DNA from: a bacterium
GTDB lineage: Bacteria; Patescibacteriota; Minisyncoccia; Phycocordibacterales; UBA5272
Length of the DNA: 64,000 nucleotides
Assembly: GCA_043719155.1 (NCBI GenBank)
Contig: JAYSUJ010000024.1
Location: forward strand, 3,424 to 67,423
Reading direction: 5' to 3'
In this document: piece after piece, positions 29,989 to 39,815 of the stretch
Numbering within the stretch: the stretch's first letter is position 1
Layout: each line of letters opens with the position of its first letter
Made by a program: the position numbers and the translations under genes
Notes under the pieces: model-generated
What the model was told of the DNA's origin: nothing
The model's input: only the letters and a program-made list of their open reading frames with translations
Databases searched by the model: none

Positions 29989-31134
29989 ATGAATGCTACA
30001 CCTAGGTTAAACTTAGACCATCTTTTAAAAGAAATTCAAGAAAAATACCAATTACTTGGAAATTTAAATTATGCTGGTGAAAAATTTTTAAAAACCTATG
30101 CTGAATATTTGGATATTGCGGAGAAAATAGAGAAAACTAGTCAACTAGACGAAGTCCATAATTTTTCTTCCCCGAAATATTATATTTACATTGTGATAAT
30201 TACAACAGTGAAGACCATTTCGGATACGATTGAAGAATACATTAACACAGATACAAATGAACTCTCTACTTTAAAACTCCAACTTATTACGGCCTTGAAA
30301 AGTTTATCTCATTTGGAAATACAATCTGAACTTGAAAAAAGTAAATTTATAGAGGCGAAAAAACTTTTTTATAAATTTATGTCAGTAGCGAACAAAATTG
30401 TCCCAACAATAGACGAAGACCCAGATTTATTTAAAAATTTAGAAAAGATATATGAAAACTATGAGCCGAAGTTAATAATTTTAACAGAGGAAATTCAAAA
30501 GGCACAAGAATTTAATTTATACGGAAGTATTAAGAGTTTAGAGAAAACTACCTTTGGACTTTCTGACCCTTTGAAACTTTTAGCAGGGAAAAAGATTTTA
30601 AAAGAAGAATTAACAAACCCCAGGTTCAGTAAGAAAATGTTTATGGATTTGGTGGAACCGATTCAAAGAAAGATTGAGCCATTTATAATTTTACCAAATA
30701 ATTTTGTTGGTATAAAAAAATTGGAAATTTGTAAAGAAATATTAGATGTTTACCCAGACTTGAAATTAGTCTTTGAAGAAAAAACGAATTTGATAAAATT
30801 AGTTGGTATTAAAAAAATAGAAGAAATTATTTTAAGTTTAGAAAGTGACCAAACTACAATTGTGATAAAAAATGTCTTGGCAAGGCATAATTTGGAGCAA
30901 AATCTTAACGGTCTACTTACATCTTTTAAAAATAAATTCTTAGTTCAAAGCAAATCTTCCTTCAACAATGCAAATATGAAAAAGCAAGTTAAAAACATTG
31001 TAAGTGAAATTAACCGTAGTATCAAAGAAAAGAATGATTTTGATTTTATTTTGGTTTCTACAAAATCAGTTAAAAAAGACAGTAGTAAATTTATTTTGAG
31101 ATTTAATTTAGAGTTGGAAAAAACGGCTGGGTAG
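29989..31134 (+). CDS. Hypothetical protein
   Basis: ORF with start trimmed to the Met at 29989. Lys/Glu-rich. No motif. Confidence 0.3.
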   Translation: MNATPRLNLDHLLKEIQEKYQLLGNLNYAGEKFLKTYAEYLDIAEKIEKTSQLDEVHNFSSPKYYIYIVIITTVKTISDTIEEYINTDTNELSTLKLQLITALKSLSHLEIQSELEKSKFIEAKKLFYKFMSVANKIVPTIDEDPDLFKNLEKIYENYEPKLIILTEEIQKAQEFNLYGSIKSLEKTTFGLSDPLKLLAGKKILKEELTNPRFSKKMFMDLVEPIQRKIEPFIILPNNFVGIKKLEICKEILDVYPDLKLVFEEKTNLIKLVGIKKIEEIILSLESDQTTIVIKNVLARHNLEQNLNGLLTSFKNKFLVQSKSSFNNANMKKQVKNIVSEINRSIKEKNDFDFILVSTKSVKKDSSKFILRFNLELEKTAG

Positions 31135-31727
31135 GTGACATAAAAATTAAATAACAAAGAAGTCATATAAAATATGGCTTATTTTATATTTAAAATATGC
31201 TTGACAAGTTTTTGGCTGGACCAGTTTAATGGACACAGTTAAGTAATTAACTGAAACACATCGTCATAGAAACCATCTACGCAGGAAATTAGATGTAAAA
31301 CTTTTTCTATAATAATTATTAAGGTGCTAATGGGAAAGGCAAGAAAATGAGTTCAACCATCACAAATCTCTCACTTGCCCACTTGTTTAGCATCGTAATA
31401 ATTAATTGTGATATTGATGAGTTGCGTCTATGAAATATCACGAACTATGACTTTATATGGCTTGTTTCCTAATAAAATATAAGAGGAAACAAAGGCAAAA
31501 GGGTGGACTGCCTTAACTAAATATTAAAAAGGGTTTATACTAAATATGCTACACGAAAACGACCAATCAAATACAAAAAAATTGATACCAAAGGAGGGAC
31601 AACTTCGTATTTCGTGTAGCAATGAAGTATTAAAAAGTTGTCCCTCTTTTGATATTAACAATCAAGAGGAAGTTGAAACCGAAATTGCACAAAAATTATC
31701 AGCAATTTTATTTGATAAATATGTAAT

Positions 31728-33476
31728 ATGGAAACAAAAACAAAAAACTCATACCAATACGGAAGAGTAAGCACGCCCGAACAATTAACTTCTGGCGACA
31801 GTTTAACTCACCAAGATAAAGTGACAAAAAATGAAGCAATCAGAAGAGGTATAAACCCAACAAATTTTTATGGCGATACAATTTCCGGGTCTTCAATTAC
31901 CCGGGACGGTTACGACCAAATGTTTTTTGATTTAAAAAAAGCAAACAGTAAAATCCAAACAATATTCTACGTGATTATAAAATGTATTGACAGATACACA
32001 AGGGGTGGAGCAGAGTTCTATATAATGATGACGAACGATTTAAAAAAACTCAATGTTCAACTAATAGATGTGGCCGGGATAATCCAAGAAGAAAAAAATA
32101 GTTTGGAAGACAAAGGATTCACATACGAATGGAGTAAATACAGACCGAGCGAAACAGCAGAACTCATAGAAGCCCAAAAAGGTAAGGGTGAAAAACGAGA
32201 TATCTTAACTAGGACCATAGGGGCACAAATTTCTCTAACCCAAAAAGGTTTTCGTATGGGGAGTCCCCTTGATGGAATGAGAAGCGAAACACAACTAACT
32301 GACGGAAAAAATAGAATTGTATTTGTCAGAAAAGATGGATTTGTGCATTTTATAGAAAAGATTTTTGAAATGAGGGCAAGTGGTGTAAATTCAGATTTAG
32401 AAATTATTTCAACTTTGAATGCTATGGGATACAAATCCCCAATAAGAAATAGGTGGTCAAAAAATAGAGAGAAACATCTAGGCCAAACAGGCGGCGGACC
32501 TTTAGATTTGAAACGGCTAGAAAAAATCTACTCGAAAGTTGGATATTGTGGAATCTTACTCCATAAGTGGAATAAATATTTACCGATAAATGGTCAGATA
32601 GAAAAAATCATTTCTATTGAAGTCTATAACAAAGCAAACAAAGGAAAAAGATTTATTGTCGAAAACAGTGATGGAACTTACGAAATAAAAACAAATTACA
32701 ACCCAATTCAATCAAGGCCTAGATTAGAAAAAAATCCACTTTATCCGTACGCAAAAGTTGTTAAATGCCAATTCTGTGGTTTAGGCTTTAAATATAGCGC
32801 CGCAAAAGGAAAAAACAAAAAGAAGTCCAGTCCAGGATATCATTGTTCGTATAAACACGAATATTTTAGGAAGCCAAAAAAGGAGTTTGAAGATACCATA
32901 GAAAATTATTTGAAGTCGCTTTCTCTCACGGACGCTTTCGTTGAAAAAATGCAAAAAGAATTGGTCGATACTTTTTCAACTAAAAGTGGCGAACTAAAAA
33001 ATAAATTTGCAAAGATATTTGTAAATATTGCAGACCTTAAAGCCGAACAGGAAAAATACATTAGCGAATACATTGCTACCAATAATCCAATAATAAAAAG
33101 TTCTATTGAAAGTAAAATCAACAAAATTGAAGAGCAAATTAAAAATGCCACAGATGTTGGTGAGGAAAATGAGGTTGAAGAATTAAATGTTGACGAGTTT
33201 CTTGCTTACACCAGAAATTTTTTGAAAGACCCATCAAATCTTGTTTTGGAAGAAAAAACAAATGTTGATACAGTGGGTGTTCTATTCAGTCTTATATTTG
33301 AAGAAAAACCGACCTACAATAATATCTTGTATCGAACACCTAAATTAACCAGTGTTTTCAAGCACTTTTCTGCAAACAAACAACCAGAAAACCAATTGGG
33401 GTGCCCAATGGGAATTGAACCCATACTAGGGGATCCACAAACCCCTGTGATAACCATTTCACTATGGGCACCATAG
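31728..33476 (+). CDS. Large serine recombinase (integrase of the island); its 3' end reads through tRNA-His antisense
   Basis: The N-terminal YGRVSTPEQ is the resolvase/invertase catalytic serine motif. A recombinase domain follows, then a zinc-ribbon-like CQFCGLGFKY...HCSYKH and a C-terminal coiled coil. Confidence 0.8.
   Translation: METKTKNSYQYGRVSTPEQLTSGDSLTHQDKVTKNEAIRRGINPTNFYGDTISGSSITRDGYDQMFFDLKKANSKIQTIFYVIIKCIDRYTRGGAEFYIMMTNDLKKLNVQLIDVAGIIQEEKNSLEDKGFTYEWSKYRPSETAELIEAQKGKGEKRDILTRTIGAQISLTQKGFRMGSPLDGMRSETQLTDGKNRIVFVRKDGFVHFIEKIFEMRASGVNSDLEIISTLNAMGYKSPIRNRWSKNREKHLGQTGGGPLDLKRLEKIYSKVGYCGILLHKWNKYLPINGQIEKIISIEVYNKANKGKRFIVENSDGTYEIKTNYNPIQSRPRLEKNPLYPYAKVVKCQFCGLGFKYSAAKGKNKKKSSPGYHCSYKHEYFRKPKKEFEDTIENYLKSLSLTDAFVEKMQKELVDTFSTKSGELKNKFAKIFVNIADLKAEQEKYISEYIATNNPIIKSSIESKINKIEEQIKNATDVGEENEVEELNVDEFLAYTRNFLKDPSNLVLEEKTNVDTVGVLFSLIFEEKPTYNNILYRTPKLTSVFKHFSANKQPENQLGCPMGIEPILGDPQTPVITISLWAP
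33396..33417. repeat. 22-bp direct repeat, the att-like right boundary, inside tRNA-His
   Basis: Identical to 15029-15050. Confidence 0.75.
33397..33472 (-). tRNA. tRNA-His (anticodon GTG) with encoded G-1 and 3' CCA
   Basis: Manual fold on the minus strand. G-1 is followed by the acceptor GTGCCCA/TGGGCAC and a D-arm GTGA-AATGGTTA-TCAC. The anticodon loop is TT-GTG-GA, the T-arm ATGGG-TTCAATT-CCCAT, and the discriminator C pairs with G-1. Confidence 0.8.
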
Positions 33477-33626
33477 TTTTTTACACAGTCTTTAACACTT
33501 AAAGTGGATTCTGACATTTTAACACAGAAAAGTCTTTCTGGCTAATATTATTTTGAAAAAATTGGTATAAAAAAAGTGGGACCAAAAAGTCTGGCCCCAC
33601 CAATATTGCCATAGCTGAAAAAACAC

Positions 33627-34343
33627 TTACTCGCCTGCACCCTCCTCTTCCGAAGAGGTAGACACAGACTTATCGTGAGTCAGGCGTTTCCGCCGTTCAC
33701 GCATGTAATGCTCTTCCCGCCATTGTCGACAGTCGATCTCCATCCACTCAGGGTGAATGTTCTTGATGAACCAGATTCCCTCGAAAGGATTATCTATCTC
33801 TCTAATGAGGCAGAAGATAAATGAGAAGATGTAGGTTGTAGAGCCGATGAGAAGTACCCCGCTCCAAGGAGTTGGATACTCCAAACCCATTGCACCACCG
33901 ATAATGAAGATTGCCAAGATGGTCATGAGGGCATGTGCCAGAGGCGATACATCTTCATCACGTAAATGCATGAAAGTGTGGATGTCATAGCGTTTGATGG
34001 CCATACGCACCCCCTTATACTCCTCAAGAACTTTCGAAATGAACCACCCTGAGGTGACACTGTAAATAAGTGTTACGGAGGGCATGAAGTATGCCACCCA
34101 ATACTCTTTCACCTCCTTGTGGAAGTGAATATGATTTTGGTACAAGACCAGATACCAAATAGTACACGCGATGAACACCGGTATTGCCGGTTGCAACATC
34201 AGCAATGCTGTTTTGATGACAGTTGTCACCAACTTCGTTTTGGTCAACCGTCGACTGTTAATCATATACGGTTCGCGGTAGAACTCTAAGTCACCAAATT
34301 TCATCCTAAACTCTTTCATGGTTTTCGGTTGTAACTTTCCCAT
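33627..34343 (-). CDS. Hypothetical 4-TM membrane protein
   Basis: 238 aa with about four TM helices and a charged C-terminus. Confidence 0.35.
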   Translation of the reverse strand: MGKLQPKTMKEFRMKFGDLEFYREPYMINSRRLTKTKLVTTVIKTALLMLQPAIPVFIACTIWYLVLYQNHIHFHKEVKEYWVAYFMPSVTLIYSVTSGWFISKVLEEYKGVRMAIKRYDIHTFMHLRDEDVSPLAHALMTILAIFIIGGAMGLEYPTPWSGVLLIGSTTYIFSFIFCLIREIDNPFEGIWFIKNIHPEWMEIDCRQWREEHYMRERRKRLTHDKSVSTSSEEEGAGE

Positions 34344-34414
34344 TTGGGAAACTGCATTCTACCACATAAAAATACACATAGCAAAAATTAAATTTTAGGC
34401 TATACTTTTATTCT

Positions 34415-35593
34415 ATGGATAAACCTCCGACTCAAGTATCAACAATAAACAGAGGCAACCCAGAGAGATTCAAATCAATAGTTACCACAGAAGTAAGAGA
34501 GTTAAAAGAAAAATTGGAAAATCTTTACAATATAAACGTTGCTCTACCAGAATTTTCCAGAAAAAGCTCCAGATTTGCTTCTCATATTCCAAAAATTAGA
34601 GATTTAGATGTTGCTAGCCCAGAAAAAGTGCAGAAAAATGAGACAGAGTGTCAACTGATTTTCTTAAAAAATTTAGAGGACCAGTTATCTAAACTCAAAA
34701 AAGCCTGTGACGACTCAAGAGTTAAAGACGGCCTCATGGGATTCTTTAAAGTAAGAAATGGAAAAAAAGTAACCATTAGACTCCCAGATTTCACTTCAAA
34801 AGTTGGCAGAAAAGTTATAGAAACTATCGAGAAAAGAGGTCATGTTAGTGGTCCAACAGAAGCAAAAGTAACTGGCGGTGAGCTAGCTTTAAGTTTGATA
34901 TTTCACGGAATACCTGTTGTTCAAATTATTGCCCTGTCTGTAGCTGGTTACAAAGTAGGTAGAAAAATAAGACCATTTATTACAGTTGACAATAAAAACC
35001 CAGATGTCCGCGAGCTAAACATAACTCTAAATGCAAGCCAGCACGACCTAATTGCTATAATTAAAAATTACCAAACATCGGAAAATGCCCAAGAAGAACG
35101 AAACTCTAACGAAAAAGAAAGAGCTATAGCAGAACTTGTTGGCAAATACATTGGTGAAAATGTATCTCAAAAAACCAAAGAGCTTGCCAACAATTCACAA
35201 GCAAAATTGGCTTGTCTAAACTTATCTAACAGGATAGTAGCCGAGTTTGGAGTGATAACTTCAATTCCTCGTGAACTTTTTAACTTTAGAATGTTTCGTA
35301 TTCCAAACGGACCAAAAGTTGAAAGCCCTTTGAGGGACAACAGTGGGGTTGGTTTTTACCAAGTTTTGCATCAATATCTTTTAAATGTAGAACAGATACT
35401 TACAACTGCAAGATCTAAAGCTTTAGATCTGCATCCAAACAATTCTGTACATAGAAAACTAAAAAACAAGACCATACTTGCTGGCAAACATTTTAAAATT
35501 GGTTACAACACCATTAACATTCCAATGAAAGTTAACATCGAAAGTGCTGCAGAAGCGTTGGTAAAATATTTAATCGAACCTGAAAATAAATAA
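34415..35593 (+). CDS. Hypothetical protein
   Basis: 392-aa ORF with no recognised motif. Confidence 0.3.
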   Translation: MDKPPTQVSTINRGNPERFKSIVTTEVRELKEKLENLYNINVALPEFSRKSSRFASHIPKIRDLDVASPEKVQKNETECQLIFLKNLEDQLSKLKKACDDSRVKDGLMGFFKVRNGKKVTIRLPDFTSKVGRKVIETIEKRGHVSGPTEAKVTGGELALSLIFHGIPVVQIIALSVAGYKVGRKIRPFITVDNKNPDVRELNITLNASQHDLIAIIKNYQTSENAQEERNSNEKERAIAELVGKYIGENVSQKTKELANNSQAKLACLNLSNRIVAEFGVITSIPRELFNFRMFRIPNGPKVESPLRDNSGVGFYQVLHQYLLNVEQILTTARSKALDLHPNNSVHRKLKNKTILAGKHFKIGYNTINIPMKVNIESAAEALVKYLIEPENK

Positions 35594-35655
35594 CTTTACC
35601 TGCGCCTGCACTCATGTAGAAAAAACACCAAATTCTTGGTGTTTTATCTCATGAG

Positions 35656-35737
35656 TGCCCCCGACTGGACTCGAACCAGCATGCCGTTAAGCGTTACCAC
35701 CTCAAGGTAATGGGTCTACCAATTTCCCCACGTGGGC
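35656..35737 (-). tRNA. tRNA-Leu (anticodon GAG), class II with a long variable arm
   Basis: Manual fold. Acceptor GCCCACG/CGGGGGC with one A.G mismatch. The D-arm TGGGGAAATTGGTAGACCC is typical of Leu. Anticodon loop CTTGAGGTG. Long variable arm, T-arm GCTGG-TTCGAGT-CCAGT. Closely parallels bacterial tRNA-Leu(GAG). Confidence 0.6.
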
Positions 35738-35770
35738 AGACTTACATTTTAGCATTTTAAATGTAAAAAT

Positions 35771-35797
35771 AAAACTCAAGTTTTTTTCTTGAGTTTT
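35771..35797. terminator. Bidirectional intrinsic terminator between rplS and tRNA-Leu
   Basis: aaaactcaag-ttttttt-cttgagtttt, a 10-bp stem flanked by A and T runs. Confidence 0.6.
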
Positions 35798-35818
35798 ATT
35801 TAAATTTAATTTTAGATG

Positions 35819-36229
35819 TTATTTAACAATTTCGTTTTTAGTGTCGGTATTTTTAGCAATTTTAGCTTTTGTAGTTTTCAAAATTTTACGAGTTTCTTTG
35901 GCTGCTTTTTCACGAACAAAGTAAATCTTTGACTTTCGAACGTCGTTTGAACGTACTATTTTTATAGATTCAACGGCTGGTGAGTAGAGTGGGAAAATTC
36001 TTTCTACGGCAACGTCACCTGACATTTTTCGTACTGTAAATGTTGCACCAGCCTCTGTACCATGCTTTCTTGCGAGACAAAGCCCTTCAAAAGATTGGAT
36101 TCTAAATTTTCCATCTGACTCTTTTATTTTTGTTGCTACTTTCAAAACGTCTCCGGACTTAAATGTAAGAGCCTTTCGCTCAGCCACATCTACAGTACTT
36201 AGTTTTATTGCTGTTATTTGACTAGACAT
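35819..36229 (-). CDS. rplS: 50S ribosomal protein L19
   Basis: ...RIQSFEGLCLARKHGTEAGATFTVRKMSGDVAVERIFPLYSPAVESIKIV is the L19 signature. Confidence 0.85.
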   Translation of the reverse strand: MSSQITAIKLSTVDVAERKALTFKSGDVLKVATKIKESDGKFRIQSFEGLCLARKHGTEAGATFTVRKMSGDVAVERIFPLYSPAVESIKIVRSNDVRKSKIYFVREKAAKETRKILKTTKAKIAKNTDTKNEIVK

Positions 36230-36325
36230 ATATTTTTATTATGGAAGCATTATAACACAAAAATCCCAGCCTCGCAACAAAAAGTGACACACAAAAATAG
36301 ATAGGCTATACTAAAACAAATAAAT

Positions 36326-37144
36326 ATGAGTTCAGAAAATTTAAATAGTTTTTGGAGAGCTGAACCACCTAAAACAACGGAAAAAGTTTTACCTCCCCAC
36401 CTTGACGAACAAAAAGCAATTTTGACGATAAAAAATATTTTAGACATCTATGATTTTAACCAAATTACAACCGAGCATATAGGGGCAGGAACAATAGAAA
36501 ATCTTGTTTTGATGATTTTCAATATCAAAGAAAAAATTCATGAATACGATGTTATCGTAGGGGATGACGATAGTGGCCGGATTCCCGCCTTACTTGTTTG
36601 GAGGGTGGCCTGTCTTGTCAGAAGAAAAGCTGGCCTAAAGTCCCCTTTTTTTTTACCCTTGGCAGCTGGAAGAGACTTGAATGAAAACCCTAAAAGACAA
36701 GAGGACATAGGGAACGAATTAGAAAAAGTATTATGTAAATTTGTGATTCCTCCGAAACTACTTGTTGTAACAGACCATATCACGACCGGTGAAGGAATGA
36801 GCAAACTTGACTCATTATTGACAGATAAATTGCACACACATTTTCCAGACGCAAGCAAGAAAACAGCTGACGTTCTGACTGGTACTTTAAAAATTGAGTC
36901 AGAACTAGACCCAGATCTGGCTTTAAGAACTTGGTATGGACAAAATGATAAAACAGTTAGAGGTTTCTATAGAGACAAAGGAAACACTGGCTTTACGAAA
37001 CACAAAGACTTGGACTCTGCCAGATCATTACCCAACACGTACAGGCAAGTGTTAAACAAAGCCCGTAATAAATTTACAGACTACAGAAAAACTAGGCGTG
37101 ACATAGCAAGACTCGCACCTATTTTAGCTCAAATAGTTTCTTAA
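36326..37144 (+). CDS. Phosphoribosyltransferase (type I PRT)-like domain protein
   Basis: LLVVTDHITTGEGM resembles the PRPP-binding motif, and VIVGDDDSGRIPAL is upstream of it. Confidence 0.35.
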   Translation: MSSENLNSFWRAEPPKTTEKVLPPHLDEQKAILTIKNILDIYDFNQITTEHIGAGTIENLVLMIFNIKEKIHEYDVIVGDDDSGRIPALLVWRVACLVRRKAGLKSPFFLPLAAGRDLNENPKRQEDIGNELEKVLCKFVIPPKLLVVTDHITTGEGMSKLDSLLTDKLHTHFPDASKKTADVLTGTLKIESELDPDLALRTWYGQNDKTVRGFYRDKGNTGFTKHKDLDSARSLPNTYRQVLNKARNKFTDYRKTRRDIARLAPILAQIVS

Positions 37145-37901
37145 AATCTTTTGGTATTGATGACTCTACTTTTATTTTCTCTCCGTCAAAAGGACTAAAA
37201 AAAGTAATGCTCTTTGCATGTAAAAGCTGCCTCACTTTTTCTTTACCAAAATATTTTTTCTCGAAATTGGTTTTTGTTGGTCCATACAAATGGTCGCCGA
37301 CTATAGGATGCCCAAGACTTTTAGAGTGGATACGTATTTGGTGGGTACGACCTGTTTCAGGGAAAAACGCAACCAAAGACAATTTCTCACCGAAGATTTC
37401 TAATCTTTTTATAACTTTGTATCTTGTCAGCGCCTCCCTCTCCTCTCCTCTGTATTTCCCTACCGTCTTTACAACTTCCTTTTTTCGAAAGTCAGACTTA
37501 CTCCTGGCTATAGCTGTGTCTATTATTCCAGTCTCATATTTGTAACTCCCCCAAACCAAAGCAACATATTCTTTACGAATTTTATGAGTTACAAATTGAT
37601 TTTTTAAATTTTCATACGAGTCTTGGTTTTTTGCTAACAACAAACAGCCAGTAGTGTCTTTGTCTAGTCTATGCACTATCCCGGGTTTTTGCACTTCTAC
37701 CTTTACTCCCAAATTTTCAAAAATCAAATTCTCACCGACTCCCTTTAGAGTTTTAAAGTTTTTCAAAACATAATCAGCAATAGTAATTGCTCTTTTTTCT
37801 TTAGTCACTTTTTCAGCCTTACCGTCTCCATGTACAACAAAACCCGCTGGCTTGTCTAAAACCAACAGGTTCTTGTCTTGGAATAATACTTTTATTTTCA
37901 T
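37119..37901 (-). CDS. RluA-family pseudouridine synthase, second paralog
   Basis: LVLDKPAGFVVHGDG...HRLDKDTTGCLLLAKN. Confidence 0.8.
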   Translation of the reverse strand: MKIKVLFQDKNLLVLDKPAGFVVHGDGKAEKVTKEKRAITIADYVLKNFKTLKGVGENLIFENLGVKVEVQKPGIVHRLDKDTTGCLLLAKNQDSYENLKNQFVTHKIRKEYVALVWGSYKYETGIIDTAIARSKSDFRKKEVVKTVGKYRGEEREALTRYKVIKRLEIFGEKLSLVAFFPETGRTHQIRIHSKSLGHPIVGDHLYGPTKTNFEKKYFGKEKVRQLLHAKSITFFSPFDGEKIKVESSIPKDFKKLFELK

Positions 37902-37929
37902 AAAAGTATTATAGCAAATTTATCTTAAA

Positions 37930-38361
37930 TTACTTGCAACATTTTGAATGCACAGACATTTTCCCTGGGCCAACTAAAGCGATACCTATAGAGCAAACCA
38001 ACAAAAGAAGTTGAAACTCGTATCCACCCGCCATTGCATTGAAACCATTTTTAAAATGCACCATAGAGATAGCCACTATCATGATCACTGCAAAAAGACC
38101 ACCAACCAATCTTGTCATTACCCCAGCTGCCATAAGTAGACCTCCTAAAAATTCTACATAAGCTACGGCGTAAGTCAAAAATGCCCCAACGCCCATAGAC
38201 CCAAACATTGCCAAAGTTCCTTCCATGTTGGAAACTTTCATCCAGCCGTGAACAATAAAAGTAGCCGCTACAGAAAGACGGATTATCAAGAGTGCAATGT
38301 CCAGGTGTTTTGGATCATTAGAAACTCCACAGGCCAAGTCACAGATTTTTTTACCATTCAT
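37930..38361 (-). CDS. DoxX family membrane protein
   Basis: ALLIIRLSVAATFIVHGWMK... with four TM helices, the DoxX pattern. Confidence 0.6.
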   Translation of the reverse strand: MNGKKICDLACGVSNDPKHLDIALLIIRLSVAATFIVHGWMKVSNMEGTLAMFGSMGVGAFLTYAVAYVEFLGGLLMAAGVMTRLVGGLFAVIMIVAISMVHFKNGFNAMAGGYEFQLLLLVCSIGIALVGPGKMSVHSKCCK

Positions 38362-38450
38362 AAGTATTTATTTGTTTTTTGTATACATTAAAAATGTGTA
38401 TACCTGCACTAAAGTATACTCGAGACTAGTAATGTTTTGCAATACCCCTG

Positions 38451-38523
38451 TGGGCGATAGAGGACTCGAACCTCTGACCTTCGCTGTGTAAAAGCGTTGC
38501 TCTACCAACTGAGCTAATCGCCC
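38451..38523 (-). tRNA. tRNA-Val (anticodon TAC)
   Basis: Manual fold. Acceptor GGGCGAT/ATCGCCC, D-arm GCTC-AGTTGGTA-GAGC, anticodon loop TT-TAC-AC, T-arm AGAGG-TTCGAGT-CCTCT. Confidence 0.75.
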
Positions 38524-38616
38524 AAATATTTTTTACTTTATTTGAACAGAAACATTATAACAAGGAGTGAAGAAAAAGTAAATGCTGGGGGCAAATTTTG
38601 TTAATACTCTCAAAAC

Positions 38617-39684
38617 TTGTATACTTTTTTGCAAATGGCAAAACACGTAGTAGCAGAGGCAAGAGCTGCAGGAAAAAATATGGTTGTTAACAGTACCCCG
38701 TCACAGATAACCAGTTCTTTTAACTATGACCCCAATGCCGAAAATTTAAAACCTGCTAACAACAATCCGCCAGCCAAGAAAACTAATGCATCCAATATCT
38801 ACCCACTGATAAAAGATTCAAACCCAGAGGTGGCTCAAAAAAAAGCCCAGCAGAGAGCGGCTAGCCTCAACCCAGACAAAGCTGAAGCAGAACTCAGTAG
38901 GCAAGAAGGAAAAGAAGCTGAGCAAACATACTCCAAGGCAACTAAAAAACTTTTAGAAGGCCAGACAAAAGTAGAAAATCCGGACTCAAAGGAAGCAAGC
39001 CAAGAGGAAGAATCTGCGGAGCTGCAAAAAGTGCAAGAGGAGCAAGCAAGAGAAGAACAAGAAAAAATAAATTTATTCCTTGCTCAAGATGCTGAAAGAG
39101 CGGAAGAAGAGGAGATTGACGCCCAAGAAACAAAAATGCGCGAAATAGAAAGTAACTTGAGGCTAGCTGGTTACAAATTTACCAGAGAAGATATAGAGTT
39201 TTTCATGGCGTCCGACTTTAAAGTAAACTTTCCTGTAGGCATGACCATTACAGCTGGTGTGTCTTTTTTAACTAGTGTTTTCTTTTTTTTCACTTCCCTA
39301 GTCATGTCTGTAGGAGGCTCGTTGGCAGGCTCTCCACTTGCCTGGCTTTCTACACTTGGCTTTAGCTTGGTTGTAAAGGCAGTACTCGAAACTACCAGTC
39401 TTGGAATTTTTGTAATTGGCTACATTACTCAAACAGCCTTTAGTTTTGGAGAAATCGGGGTAATGATTTACTATTTAAAAACTGGCTCTTTAGTTGCAAG
39501 AAAAGGAAACTTGGTCAGGAAATATTTAACACGCTTGATAATTATCTGGCTGATAATTTTCTTTATTGGCTGGATCCCTGGCTTAGGCTTGATAATTTAT
39601 TTTGCAGGAGGTCGAGGAATCTGGAGACTGGTAAAACGAGAAACAAGAAAAGTTGAGAAAATAATAAAAAATGGTCTGCAGTAA
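38617..39684 (+). CDS. Hypothetical protein with a disordered E/K/Q-rich N-terminal half and a C-terminal multi-TM domain
   Basis: 355-aa ORF with clear coding periodicity. Confidence 0.4.
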   Translation: MYTFLQMAKHVVAEARAAGKNMVVNSTPSQITSSFNYDPNAENLKPANNNPPAKKTNASNIYPLIKDSNPEVAQKKAQQRAASLNPDKAEAELSRQEGKEAEQTYSKATKKLLEGQTKVENPDSKEASQEEESAELQKVQEEQAREEQEKINLFLAQDAERAEEEEIDAQETKMREIESNLRLAGYKFTREDIEFFMASDFKVNFPVGMTITAGVSFLTSVFFFFTSLVMSVGGSLAGSPLAWLSTLGFSLVVKAVLETTSLGIFVIGYITQTAFSFGEIGVMIYYLKTGSLVARKGNLVRKYLTRLIIIWLIIFFIGWIPGLGLIIYFAGGRGIWRLVKRETRKVEKIIKNGLQ

Positions 39685-39743
39685 AAACATTTTAACCATT
39701 GTAAAATATAGGATTTATGGTATAATTTTCCTATCCAAAAATT

Positions 39744-39815
39744 GCTTCCGTAGTTCAATGGATAGAACAGGAGACTTCTAAGCTCTTGATGTAGGTTCGA
39801 TTCCTGCCGGAAGCA
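39744..39815 (+). tRNA. tRNA-Arg (anticodon TCT)
   Basis: Acceptor GCTTCCG/CGGAAGC, D-arm GTTC-AATGGATA-GAAC, anticodon loop CT-TCT-AA, T-arm GTAGG-TTCGATT-CCTGC. One non-Watson-Crick pair at 31:39. Confidence 0.7.

Larger units (their letters stand above)
15051..33396. mobile_element. About 18.3 kb integrated genomic island at tRNA-His, carrying a serine recombinase, an RHS toxin with immunity genes and a block of secreted proteins
   Basis: Bounded by perfect 22-bp direct repeats, with an intact tRNA-His at the right end. A large serine recombinase gene abuts the tRNA. The cargo is typical accessory content. Confidence 0.7.

Noticed and set aside
38297-38491. ORF 38297..38491 (+), overlapping tRNA-Val
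   Set aside because: Overlaps a well-folded tRNA gene and the DoxX start. No coding signal.
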